In this document: positions 1-8,203 of the stretch, piece by piece
Numbering within the stretch: the first letter of the stretch is position 1
How the letters are laid out: each line of letters begins with the position of its first letter
Source of the DNA: Promethearchaeota archaeon
Lineage (GTDB): Archaea > Asgardarchaeota > Hermodarchaeia > Hermodarchaeales > Hermodarchaeaceae
Reading direction: 5' to 3'
Length of the DNA: 19,348 nt
Assembly (NCBI GenBank): GCA_048939245.1
Contig: JBHLPR010000040.1
Coordinates: 1 to 19,348 of the forward strand
Notes under the pieces: model-generated
What the model was told of the DNA's origin: nothing
Seen by the model: the letters and a program-made list of their open reading frames with translations, nothing else
Databases searched by the model: none
Made by a program: the position numbers and the translations under genes

Positions 1-37
1 ATCCAGTTTGGAAGGTATAGAAGGTCTGGGTTGCCAT
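1..37 (-). CDS. possible 5' end of a gene running off the left edge (MATQTFYTFQTG...)
   Basis: ATG at 37 on the minus strand, open to the window edge, co-oriented with the CDF gene; too short to assign. Confidence 0.25.
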   Translation of the reverse strand, partial: MATQTFYTFQTG

Positions 38-116
38 TCGTGTCCAGCCTTTTCAACTTTACGACTTCTTAGTTCTCGCGGGTTATTCCTAGTAGGAATA
101 GTAAAAATGTCGTGAT

Positions 117-1406
117 TTATTGATGGGGTTCCTCTCTTTCCTTAGGTGTAATGTACGCTAGTTCGTCTGCGAAGAATTTTTCGAGATTTCTGCGACAACT
201 GGAGGTGCTTTCCTGCTGATAGACACGAATCAAGTGGTTTCGTAAGATACTCAATGGTGTTTCACCCATCTTTTCTGCAAACGCGATTTCAACCTTTGCA
301 TCAATCAACAAGGTCGCGGTATCCTTACCTCTTCTTTTTTCTTGTTTCGAGGCAGGATTTGGTAAAATCTCCCAAAGTGAAATTTCTTCATGTTTGATGT
401 CCATTATTAGAAACTGACCTACCGATCCAAAGTGGAGGCTTGGTTTAGAATCTGGTGTTGCTTCTCCTGAATCGACGGGGAATGCTACACGAAAGGTTAC
501 AGGAATAACTGGTTCGACATGTACAAGAAATGTAAGTACTTCAGAAAATGTTTCTTTTACACGCTCTTCGATTTCTTCGGTGAGCCTGTGCGATTCAAGG
601 ACCGACATTTTGCCTGCAACTTCTAAATGCATTTCTCCAAAACAAATCGGGCCAGCACGCCGTAATCTGATATCGTGAACTCCAAGTACTCCAATGATCG
701 GTTCGACTAGCTGAGCAATTTTAGATATCTTTTCAGGATCTTGACCTGCATCCATAAGGATTAGGATTGATTCGTAGGCCATTTGGAAACTGGTTCGTAA
801 GATGATAAGCCCGATGACGAATCCTACAATGAGTTCCACCCAGGGTAATCCGAAGAATGCGACGATTAATCCAATAATAACTGCGATGGTGGCAAGGATA
901 TCTAATTGGAATTCTTGACCTGAATTAAGCACAGCGTCACTTTCTGTATCTCGTCCGATTTTTTTCAGATACCAAGATATGATGATATTCACTGGAATCG
1001 ATGCAATGGAGATAATAATTGCCAGAGTGAGATTGGTGAGGACAGTTGGGAAAAAGATACGTTGAATGGCTTCCCATAATACCCCCAATCCAGTGATGAA
1101 AATAAAAATTGAGACGATAAGTGCGGCTAATGTTTCTGCTTTGAAATAACCATAAGGGTATTTTCCACTAGGGGCTTTTTGAGCAAGCCATAATCCGATA
1201 AAGACGGTGATAAGGGCAATTAGGTCGGTGAATGAATCCAGTCCTTTGGCTAATAATCCAACACTCCCGGATAGAATAGCGATGGTAAACCAGATTATCA
1301 CTAAACTAATGACAACAATTATCGCCCATTTAATGGCTTGTCGCGCTTGAGTAAGTTTTTCCTCAATTGTTGTAAGTGGTTTAGTCATTGCTTTTCTAAC
1401 TCGCAT
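117..1406 (-). CDS. cation diffusion facilitator (FieF-like) transporter with C-terminal NifB/NifX (FeMo-co biosynthesis-like) domain
   Basis: About 6 hydrophobic segments; CDF signatures DSFTD and YPYGYFKAE; dimerisation domain HDIRLRRAG...HLEV...ESHRLTEEIE...VHVEP; C-terminal HFG...ILPNP...KMGETP resembles NifB/NifX domains. Confidence 0.9.
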   Translation of the reverse strand: MRVRKAMTKPLTTIEEKLTQARQAIKWAIIVVISLVIIWFTIAILSGSVGLLAKGLDSFTDLIALITVFIGLWLAQKAPSGKYPYGYFKAETLAALIVSIFIFITGLGVLWEAIQRIFFPTVLTNLTLAIIISIASIPVNIIISWYLKKIGRDTESDAVLNSGQEFQLDILATIAVIIGLIVAFFGLPWVELIVGFVIGLIILRTSFQMAYESILILMDAGQDPEKISKIAQLVEPIIGVLGVHDIRLRRAGPICFGEMHLEVAGKMSVLESHRLTEEIEERVKETFSEVLTFLVHVEPVIPVTFRVAFPVDSGEATPDSKPSLHFGSVGQFLIMDIKHEEISLWEILPNPASKQEKRRGKDTATLLIDAKVEIAFAEKMGETPLSILRNHLIRVYQQESTSSCRRNLEKFFADELAYITPKEREEPHQ

Positions 1407-1429
1407 CTATTTTTCATTGCTAATAATCA

Positions 1430-1440
1430 TTTAAACTCTT
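1430..1440 (-). promoter_or_regulatory. putative BRE/TATA promoter (AAGAG-TTTAAA) for the CDF gene
   Basis: TTTAAA about 24 nt upstream of ATG 1406, spacing consistent with a leaderless archaeal transcript. Confidence 0.45.
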
Positions 1441-1524
1441 AGCATCTCATCAGTGAACTCTGATAGACTTTAATACGTGAAGAGTAAATTGCCTGGTCAC
1501 TTCCGCCTTCTTTTAACTTTACCT

Positions 1525-1550
1525 GAAGAAAAAGAGAGAAAGAAGGAAGG
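1525..1550 (-). terminator. pyrimidine/oligo-T tract, putative archaeal terminator
   Basis: Minus strand reads CCTTCCTTCTTTCTCTCTTTTTCTTC about 35 nt after the stop of the 1585-2130 gene. Confidence 0.45.
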
Positions 1551-1584
1551 ACAGATATCAAAGATGCGAGGTCAAATCTTTCGA

Positions 1585-2130
1585 TTAGACGGTCTCAACG
1601 CCCATGATTACCTGTTCACGGTCCTTCCATTTACGATTCATTTCCGAAATCATCTTTCGGAGATCCTTGATGTGTCCACTGGCTTTGTCTGGATCATCTT
1701 CAACAAATACTAAGACATCATCACAATTTTGGTCAAAGGCTTGGACTTGTTCTATAAACCAGGTATCGTAGCGAAGCATGTTTTCCAGGTCATCTTCTTT
1801 GATTTTTATTGCATCAAAGAAGGGACGATATCCGTAATCAGCATGTTCGATTTGGCTGATTAGTTTCTCGGTTCGGCTCATTAATGAGTCAACCGTTTTG
1901 TAGGCATCTTCAATTTCTTCTTCGACGACAGCAGCACGGATGTCTTCGATTTTGTCGGCACTTCGGCGCAGACGACTAACGATCTGGTCGCGTAGTATGC
2001 GGTCGGCGTTACGGCGTTCTTCCTTTATCCGGTATCCCCGCCAGCCGGGGATTAGTTTCATGATTTTCTGAGTTAAGGTGCGTTCGTCATCGACTTTTTC
2101 CATTATGGATGGTTTATCATCGTCTCCCAA
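1585..2130 (-). CDS. conserved alpha-helical hypothetical protein (IPGWRGY..KEERR.AD..LR motif)
   Basis: Charged, helix-favouring composition; motifs IPGWRGYRIKEERRNADRILR and ADYGYRPFFDAIKI recalled from a conserved uncharacterised family; GGTGAT SD precedes TTG at 2130. Confidence 0.8.
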   Translation of the reverse strand: MGDDDKPSIMEKVDDERTLTQKIMKLIPGWRGYRIKEERRNADRILRDQIVSRLRRSADKIEDIRAAVVEEEIEDAYKTVDSLMSRTEKLISQIEHADYGYRPFFDAIKIKEDDLENMLRYDTWFIEQVQAFDQNCDDVLVFVEDDPDKASGHIKDLRKMISEMNRKWKDREQVIMGVETV

Positions 2131-2174
2131 GGAGATCACCTCGATGGTCGCTATCTAGGCATTGGGTTGAGACC

Positions 2175-2182
2175 TTATAAAA
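2175..2182 (-). promoter_or_regulatory. putative TATA box (TTTTATAA) for the 1585-2130 gene
   Basis: Located in the intergenic gap about 45 nt upstream of the TTG start. Confidence 0.4.
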
Positions 2183-2294
2183 TCTCGCCAGAACGCGAGA
2201 ATCACTAATGAAGTTGCCGGGATGCGAAAGGTAGAACGATTCTTTGGTCTTTTTGTGTTGAACCGTCTGTTAGCTGATGCGTTGAAGCGCCGAT

Positions 2295-3287
2295 TTAGCG
2301 TGCTCGTTCGGCCGTAGTTCCGCGAAAGCCGAAGTAGAGCGTCATTATAGCCAATATCAGTGGGATTATTGCTAATCCGATGCCTGCGTAGAAAAGAAAC
2401 GCGGGGGTTAATCCGAGAAAGCCAATTTCCTGGTAGGCTAAGTAGGTAATGAAAGCGCCAACAGCGGTTAGAGCAAACCAAATAATGGACATACCAATAG
2501 TCTTTGCTTTGAACCCAGTTGTTGTTGGAATCTGTGAATAGATGACACGTCCGTTTGATGCATCCATGGCGGCTTCATAAGTTTTCCCTCCACCCACCGT
2601 GAATCGGATGTGGTAGATGGGCACATGGATATAAGCTTGATCGGTGACTTTGAAGGTTTCCTGGGCATCATCAACTTTTTCGGTTTCTCGGTTGATCCGA
2701 GCATAGATCATGTTTCGAGTAGCATCTACCGCTTGTTGTTTTGCTGTGTCCTGTGAAACCTTTGAAAATAAAACGTTAGCCGTGTACTCTTTGACTTCTT
2801 CCAGATTGAAATATCGGCGTGATCGAGTTGCTATCGGATAGTTGACAATTTCTGCTTGCGTTTTTGGACCAGCATATAAACGGATTTGCCGGGTTTGTTC
2901 CTGGTGGCCTGATTCGGCGACCCATTCCCAGTGAATGCTTGAATACCGTCCTCCTGACTGTCCCCGAAACGTGGCTTTTCGGTCAATTCCTTTATAGATT
3001 ACATCGCCTTGGACTGTGACAGTCCAATAGGGATAGAATGTCATTGAGAGATCTTTCAATTCGATTTGTTCTGCTAAATTATCTGGAACGCCAGGAATCT
3101 TGACCAAATAGGCTTTGAGAGTGTCTAGCGCATCACCCTGAGTATAATTTACCGCAAGAGCAAAATGCTCTTTCATCTGCGCTCCATCAGGGGTAAAGCT
3201 AGTACCGCAATAGGAGCATGTGATGATTGCATCCGATGGATGAATGTTTAGTGTTCCCCCACAATTTGGACAATGTTTTTGTGCCAT
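2295..3287 (-). CDS. YdjG-like zinc-ribbon membrane protein, paralog 2
   Basis: N-terminal CPNC...CSYC; FYPYW; HVPIYHIRF...YEAAMDASNGRV; two C-terminal TM segments; GGTGA SD before ATG 3287. Confidence 0.75.
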   Translation of the reverse strand: MAQKHCPNCGGTLNIHPSDAIITCSYCGTSFTPDGAQMKEHFALAVNYTQGDALDTLKAYLVKIPGVPDNLAEQIELKDLSMTFYPYWTVTVQGDVIYKGIDRKATFRGQSGGRYSSIHWEWVAESGHQEQTRQIRLYAGPKTQAEIVNYPIATRSRRYFNLEEVKEYTANVLFSKVSQDTAKQQAVDATRNMIYARINRETEKVDDAQETFKVTDQAYIHVPIYHIRFTVGGGKTYEAAMDASNGRVIYSQIPTTTGFKAKTIGMSIIWFALTAVGAFITYLAYQEIGFLGLTPAFLFYAGIGLAIIPLILAIMTLYFGFRGTTAERAR

Positions 3288-3307
3288 TTGTTTCACCTTT
3301 TCCTTAA

Positions 3308-4297
3308 TCACTCTCGTTTTTCTGCACTTATTTTGAAGGTTTGTCGGGTCGCAATGACACCGATTATTAAGCCGACGATAACTAAGGCGAGAGAAAAGAA
3401 TGAATAATCAGGGGAGAGCAATTGTGCGACGAAATATGTTCCCACAGTTCCAATTAGCAGAGCGACAATGCTCAAAAAGAACATTGCTCCCCGAAAACTA
3501 CTAGAGATTGGGACTTCTCCTTTCAAGACTTTCTTGGTATGCCCATCAATGCCGACTCGATAAGTTTCACTACCAAATCGATAGCGGACAAGCCAATGGG
3601 GGACATGTAAAAGATATGACCCAGTTTTATTTATTCGGCTATGGCAGTCCCAAATTTCTGTAGCTTTAGAATCTGCCCGGCTACGATGGTCTTGTGCCAC
3701 AAAGGTTTCAGCGACTTCATAGGCATCACCATCGGTGAGTTCGCTATTCAAAAAGAGGGGTTTTGATTCCACTGCCGTAATCGCATTGTAATCAAAGGGT
3801 TGTATGGCCCTCTTGGTCACATGAAGTGCCTTATCCAGTTCGCCCAGACTATAGAAGGTAGCACCCCGTCGACAGAGCACGTTCACAGAACGGTTTTCAT
3901 TAAATTGGCCCTGAATGGGTTCATACTCGATTTTCGTCCGTGACCGGCGTTTTCCTTGTGAATCCGTATAGTATTCGGTTTCTTGGTGCTTTTTATACCC
4001 CTGATACGAGGTAAAAGCATGCATCGATTCCACCCAGAAGGGTACGAATCGTAAATGTGCCTCGGTCATACGGGCTTTGCCACCTCGTCCAACCCACTCA
4101 GTGATTTTATCACGGACCTCACCCGCATCCATGGTGGGTTCCAAGACGAAATGATTCTCAATCTTCTCTCCCTCAACTGTGGATGTAAAACCACAATAGG
4201 CACATACCACAATTACGTCATCAGGTGACACTGCGAGGGGGGCGTTACAGGATTGGCACTTAAGAGCAGTCATGGTTTCAATAGGCTTTGTTGCCAC
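3308..4297 (-). CDS. YdjG-like zinc-ribbon membrane protein, paralog 1
   Basis: CQSC...CAYC; FVPFW; HVPHWLVRYRF...YRVGIDGHTKKVLKGEVPIS; two C-terminal TM segments; GGAGG SD before GTG 4297 (the ORF-track start at 4429 is probably over-extended). Confidence 0.75.
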   Translation of the reverse strand: MATKPIETMTALKCQSCNAPLAVSPDDVIVVCAYCGFTSTVEGEKIENHFVLEPTMDAGEVRDKITEWVGRGGKARMTEAHLRFVPFWVESMHAFTSYQGYKKHQETEYYTDSQGKRRSRTKIEYEPIQGQFNENRSVNVLCRRGATFYSLGELDKALHVTKRAIQPFDYNAITAVESKPLFLNSELTDGDAYEVAETFVAQDHRSRADSKATEIWDCHSRINKTGSYLLHVPHWLVRYRFGSETYRVGIDGHTKKVLKGEVPISSSFRGAMFFLSIVALLIGTVGTYFVAQLLSPDYSFFSLALVIVGLIIGVIATRQTFKISAEKRE

Positions 4298-4443
4298 CGT
4301 GCTTCCTCCTGTCACTGACATTGGAAAGAATGCCCTTAACTGTTTCCTCTGATTTTTCCCGTGTTTCAATTTTCTTCGACTTTTTAAATCGCTGGGCAGA
4401 AGGCTGAAAAGGAGATGCGTGCTAGGCAACTTGGTGGATCCTC

Positions 4444-5247
4444 TTGACGATTATTCATGATGGTGACCAGGTTTTCTTCTATTTGGATACCCGACATCAC
4501 TGGCTTCTCAAAGTCAAAGCTGGGAAATCCTTCCACCTCCACCGAGGCATATTAGACTTCGATAAGGTGATTGGTCAGCCGTATGGAAGTTTAATCCCGA
4601 CCAGCCTTGGTGTTCAGGTAGCGGCACTCCCCCCATTACCCCGAGATAAGGCAATCAAGATGGGTCGCCATACTAATATCGTATATCCCAAGGATGCAGG
4701 ACTGATTTTGTTATTAGCTGGCGTGGGTCCTGGCTCCAGGATAGTTGAAGCTGGAACCGGGAGTGGTGCACTGACTTCACTTCTCGGTTATCATGTAGCT
4801 CCTAGTGGTCATGTATTTTCCTATGAGCTACGTGAAGAGTTTGCCAAGGATGCACAAAAGAATCTTGAAAAATCGGGGTTAACCGATATTATTACCATTA
4901 AGCAGCAGGACATCCTCGCAGGTATTGAAGAAACAAACGTTGATGCAGTTATATTAGATATGGCAGTTCCTTGGGACGTTGTTTCACTCGCTTATGATGC
5001 CCTAATCGGTGGTGGTGTTTTGGTTTCTTTCTCACCCACCATTGAACAAACCCAACGCACTGTTGATGCTCTCTACACATCCCATTTCATCGAAATTATG
5101 ACTCGTGAACTTATTGAACGCGAAATTCTTGTACGCCCAGGGAAAACGCGTCCTGCCACCCGGATGATTGGACACACAGGATATGTGACCTCTGCGCGAA
5201 AAATCTATCCACCAAAAAAAAGACCAACCCTAGCGACGGAAACCTAA
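4444..5247 (+). CDS. trmI: tRNA (adenine-57/58-N1)-methyltransferase, GCD14/TrmI family
   Basis: IVYPKD, SAM motif VEAGTGSG, LDMAVPW, FSPTIEQ, RPATRMIGHTGY. Confidence 0.95.
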   Translation: MTIIHDGDQVFFYLDTRHHWLLKVKAGKSFHLHRGILDFDKVIGQPYGSLIPTSLGVQVAALPPLPRDKAIKMGRHTNIVYPKDAGLILLLAGVGPGSRIVEAGTGSGALTSLLGYHVAPSGHVFSYELREEFAKDAQKNLEKSGLTDIITIKQQDILAGIEETNVDAVILDMAVPWDVVSLAYDALIGGGVLVSFSPTIEQTQRTVDALYTSHFIEIMTRELIEREILVRPGKTRPATRMIGHTGYVTSARKIYPPKKRPTLATET

Positions 5248-5289
5248 TTTGCTCTCCTATCTCCGGCGCTAGGACTAATAATATGTATT

Positions 5290-5766
5290 CTATTCCAATG
5301 AAGCCCCACAGTGGTGGCAAAACCGTGCCTCTGCGGCAGGAACTGGAGAACCACAACTGGGGCAGAATTTTGCTGTAGTCGCTGGTGTAGCAGCTGCTAC
5401 TCCTGGCGCTGGTTTTACTGGCACACCAGCAAGTATTGGGTCAAGAAGCGAATTATTGACTTTTCGTTCGCCACTTCCGTGTTCGGGACATTGGATGCTC
5501 AATTGTGTTGAGAGTTTCCCAGCTTTTTGGCCAACAATGTCAACGGGCTGTCCACATTTCTTACATAAGAGCACATGTTCACGGACAAGATCGCTTGTCT
5601 CTTCAAAACGGCTCAGAGGCATAGTGTAGACGACTTCACTGCGGTGAACCGGGCAAGACATATAGAGTTTCACTTTGTCTGATTTTGGTTTGCTAACACG
5701 AGTTACGATTCGTGGTCGACCACATCGTCGACAATGGAGTTTTTGTTGAACTTCGTCTCGGGACAT
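5290..5766 (-). CDS. multi zinc-finger protein: two CxxC...CPxH repeats plus a C-terminal zinc ribbon
   Basis: CRRC..CPVH, CKKC..CPEH, Ala/Pro linker, FCPSCG..FCHHCG; TTTATAA at about 5806-5812 on the minus strand favours ATG 5766 (alternative start 5796). Confidence 0.75.
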   Translation of the reverse strand: MSRDEVQQKLHCRRCGRPRIVTRVSKPKSDKVKLYMSCPVHRSEVVYTMPLSRFEETSDLVREHVLLCKKCGQPVDIVGQKAGKLSTQLSIQCPEHGSGERKVNNSLLDPILAGVPVKPAPGVAAATPATTAKFCPSCGSPVPAAEARFCHHCGASLE

Positions 5767-5900
5767 AGAGGGCACGCTCTGTTTTCCATTATCCAAAATG
5801 CAGACTTATAAACAATCGCAACCGAGTGGAAATGCAAGGTGCCCAATGAGAAATCATTATCAACTCAACAATTATCCGCCTTCAATAGGTGTATCAAAGC

Positions 5901-6881
5901 ATGGATCAATCAGCATCAACAACTTTTCCTGTCACTCCGAAAATGATCCTTCAAGCCCGCAAACGACTTGCGCCAATAATAAAGCGGACCCCCGTGACCC
6001 CCTCCGCCCATCTGCAGAACATCTTGGGCGCTTCCGTTTTTGTAAAATGGGAAAATCAACAACAAACAGGTGTCTTCAAAATCCGTGGAGCCTATAATAA
6101 GATCGCTTCGCTTTCTTCCGATATTGCAGAACGCGGAGTTGTCACCGCTTCCACCGGAAACCATGCTCTTGCTGTAGCTTTTGCTGCTCAACAACACAAT
6201 GTCCCTGCCACCGTTGTAGTACCCCATAATGCTTCACCTTTGAAAATGAATAAATGTAGAAAGTATGGTGCAACAATCCTGGAACACGGAACCCAGTATG
6301 ATGAGGCAGCACGTTATAGTGTCAGATATGCTGAAGACAACCAGCTGACGCTAGTCCATGCATACGCTGATCCCTTCGTGATTGCTGGACAAGGAACAGT
6401 GGGCTATGAGCTCCTCGAGGATCTTCCTGACACCAATATAGTCGTTGTGCCAATAGGGGGCGGAGGGCTCATTTCGGGTATTTCGTTATGGATGAAAACC
6501 ATCGATCCAACGATTCGAGTGATTGGTGTACAAAGTACAGCAACTCGCGCATTCTATGAGAATTATCACCAGCAACGGCTTTTCCATGTTCCCATCGAAC
6601 CAAGCATCGCCGATGGCTTAGCTGGAAACACTGAACAACTAAACCTCGATATTGCATTGCGTTATGTAGATGATGTTGTTCTTGTTGAAGAACATGGATT
6701 ACGCGAAGCAATTAGATGGACTCTCGACCACGAACAGCAAATCCTTGAACCGGCAGGAGTCGTTGGAATCGCAGCATTACTTCAGAAGCGTATAAAGGCG
6801 CGCAAGAAGGACACTCTCGCCATTGTCGCCAGTGGCAGTAATATTGACTCGAATCTTCTCAATGAAATCAAGAAGCTCTGA
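5901..6881 (+). CDS. PLP-dependent threonine/serine dehydratase (fold type II, no ACT domain)
   Basis: KWENQQQTGVFKIRGA (PLP Lys), ASTGNHA, AGQGTVG, PIGGGGLISG, ASGSN; start at ATG 5901 or GTG 5889. Confidence 0.9.
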   Translation: MDQSASTTFPVTPKMILQARKRLAPIIKRTPVTPSAHLQNILGASVFVKWENQQQTGVFKIRGAYNKIASLSSDIAERGVVTASTGNHALAVAFAAQQHNVPATVVVPHNASPLKMNKCRKYGATILEHGTQYDEAARYSVRYAEDNQLTLVHAYADPFVIAGQGTVGYELLEDLPDTNIVVVPIGGGGLISGISLWMKTIDPTIRVIGVQSTATRAFYENYHQQRLFHVPIEPSIADGLAGNTEQLNLDIALRYVDDVVLVEEHGLREAIRWTLDHEQQILEPAGVVGIAALLQKRIKARKKDTLAIVASGSNIDSNLLNEIKKL

Positions 6882-6894
6882 GCTTATGATGGCT

Positions 6895-7277
6895 TCATTG
6901 TTGTATTCTCGTCTTACTTTCATAAGCGAGTGGATTCACGTCTGGATCGAGGATATTGATGAAAAACGTCCTCGGGTTGTATTCGACAATCTCTCGGGTG
7001 ATTCGCACTCCTGCTTTGTGTAAATGTTGCAGGACGTCATCCATATTTTTGACCTTGAACGAGAGTTGTGGTAATTTTCGCTTCTCACTCAAATCAGGGT
7101 CAGGGGGATAATCTGCAAGGTGTAGGTATATCTTCATATTCTGAAGTTTAAGAGCTGCAAAAAAGGGATCCGCTTCAATTGCTTTAACTCCCAGTATCTT
7201 AGTGAAAAATGCCAGAGTCCGGGACATATCAGCAGTATAGGAGCACTACACCTGCTACTTTTTGAAAAATCTACCAT
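6895..7277 (-). pseudogene. VOC/glyoxalase-family gene, probably 5'-frameshifted (intact ORF part 6895-7227)
   Basis: AFFTKILG, LSFKVKNMD...L..AGV, LDPDVN (canonical DPDGN); the missing first beta-strand (FQKVAGVVL-YTAD) lies upstream in shifted frames. Confidence 0.55.
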
Positions 7278-7292
7278 AAGTCGGATCACAAA

Positions 7293-8060
7293 TTATTTGT
7301 CACTATGGGATGTTATGCCCCGTTTCCCCCATCGATATCGTCCACGGCGGCGTCCAGGTCCACCAATAAGTTTGGTAGAAATGTCTATAGTGTTTTTCCC
7401 AATGGTGATGACGTTATAATTTTGACAGGGACTTCCACGAAGCCGTAAGCTGCCACAGGTCCCAGAATACGATAAGACCATATTCTCTAGACGCCAAACC
7501 CAAGGATAATGACGGTGGCCGCTTAGCACCAGACTAACCCCTTTGTGCATTAATAATTCAAGCATATCCCCAGCGTCTACCATACTATCTCGTTCACGAC
7601 CAGATCGCGGGACCGGCACCAAGTGGTGGTGCAGAGCAAACACTTTCAATAAGCCTTCCTTCACGTTGGAGAATGCTTTATCAATAAAGGTTCTCCCTTC
7701 GCGACCAATATGTCCGGTATCAAGGTCTGGTTCCGAACTATCAACAGCCATGAGGAATATTGTGTCATCTTGATATTCAGCAAATCGTGGGCCAAAGAGT
7801 TCTTCAAAAGTTAGGTATCCCACATTAGACGCGTCATGGTTTCCCATGGTATAGATTACTGGGGATTCAATATTTTGGAGCAAATCTCTGGCTTCCAGAA
7901 ACTGTTCTCGGACCCCATTCCACGTTAGGTCTCCGCAAACCATGACTAAGTTCGGTTTCAGTTTGTTGATTTCATCAACTGCGGTCACAATCATGTCCCT
8001 GCGATATCCTGATTCACCAATATGTAAATCTGAAATCTGAACAATCGAATATTTTGCCAT
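7293..8060 (-). CDS. calcineurin-like metallophosphoesterase (CpdA/Icc-like)
   Basis: All five motifs present: SDLH, GDLT, GNHD, HHH, SGHRH. Confidence 0.92.
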   Translation of the reverse strand: MAKYSIVQISDLHIGESGYRRDMIVTAVDEINKLKPNLVMVCGDLTWNGVREQFLEARDLLQNIESPVIYTMGNHDASNVGYLTFEELFGPRFAEYQDDTIFLMAVDSSEPDLDTGHIGREGRTFIDKAFSNVKEGLLKVFALHHHLVPVPRSGRERDSMVDAGDMLELLMHKGVSLVLSGHRHYPWVWRLENMVLSYSGTCGSLRLRGSPCQNYNVITIGKNTIDISTKLIGGPGRRRGRYRWGKRGITSHSDK

Positions 8061-8132
8061 CACGTTCACGCTCGAATATCGTGCACTCTTTTTGATACCT
8101 TGTATTAAGTGATTTGGGTATAATTCTTCGAA

Positions 8133-8152
8133 CGAAAAAACAGGATATAAAT
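8133..8152 (+). promoter_or_regulatory. putative BRE/TATA promoter for the SCP2-ADH-AOR cluster
   Basis: A-rich stretch followed by GATATAAAT at 8144-8152; GGTGA SD at 8193-8197 ahead of TTG 8204. Confidence 0.5.
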
Positions 8153-8203
8153 CTGAAGTCCATACACCCTTAGTTAAACACGAGTCAGATGTGGTGAAAA
8201 CAA

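Noticed and set aside
1449-1464. Short inverted repeat ATCAG-N6-CTGAT upstream of the CDF promoter
   Set aside because: 5-bp arms are expected by chance; cannot be supported as a metal-regulator operator without comparative data
1477-1713. 78-aa plus-strand ORF
   Set aside because: Antisense overlap with a real gene and spans the terminator-like tract; no recognisable motif
2155-2481. 108-aa minus-strand ORF bridging the YdjG-like paralog 2 and the helical gene
   Set aside because: More than half overlaps a real gene in another frame, the composition is implausible, and it runs across a TATA-like element
4298-4429. N-terminal extension of YdjG-like paralog 1
   Set aside because: Spans the divergent promoter region shared with trmI; the SD supports GTG 4297
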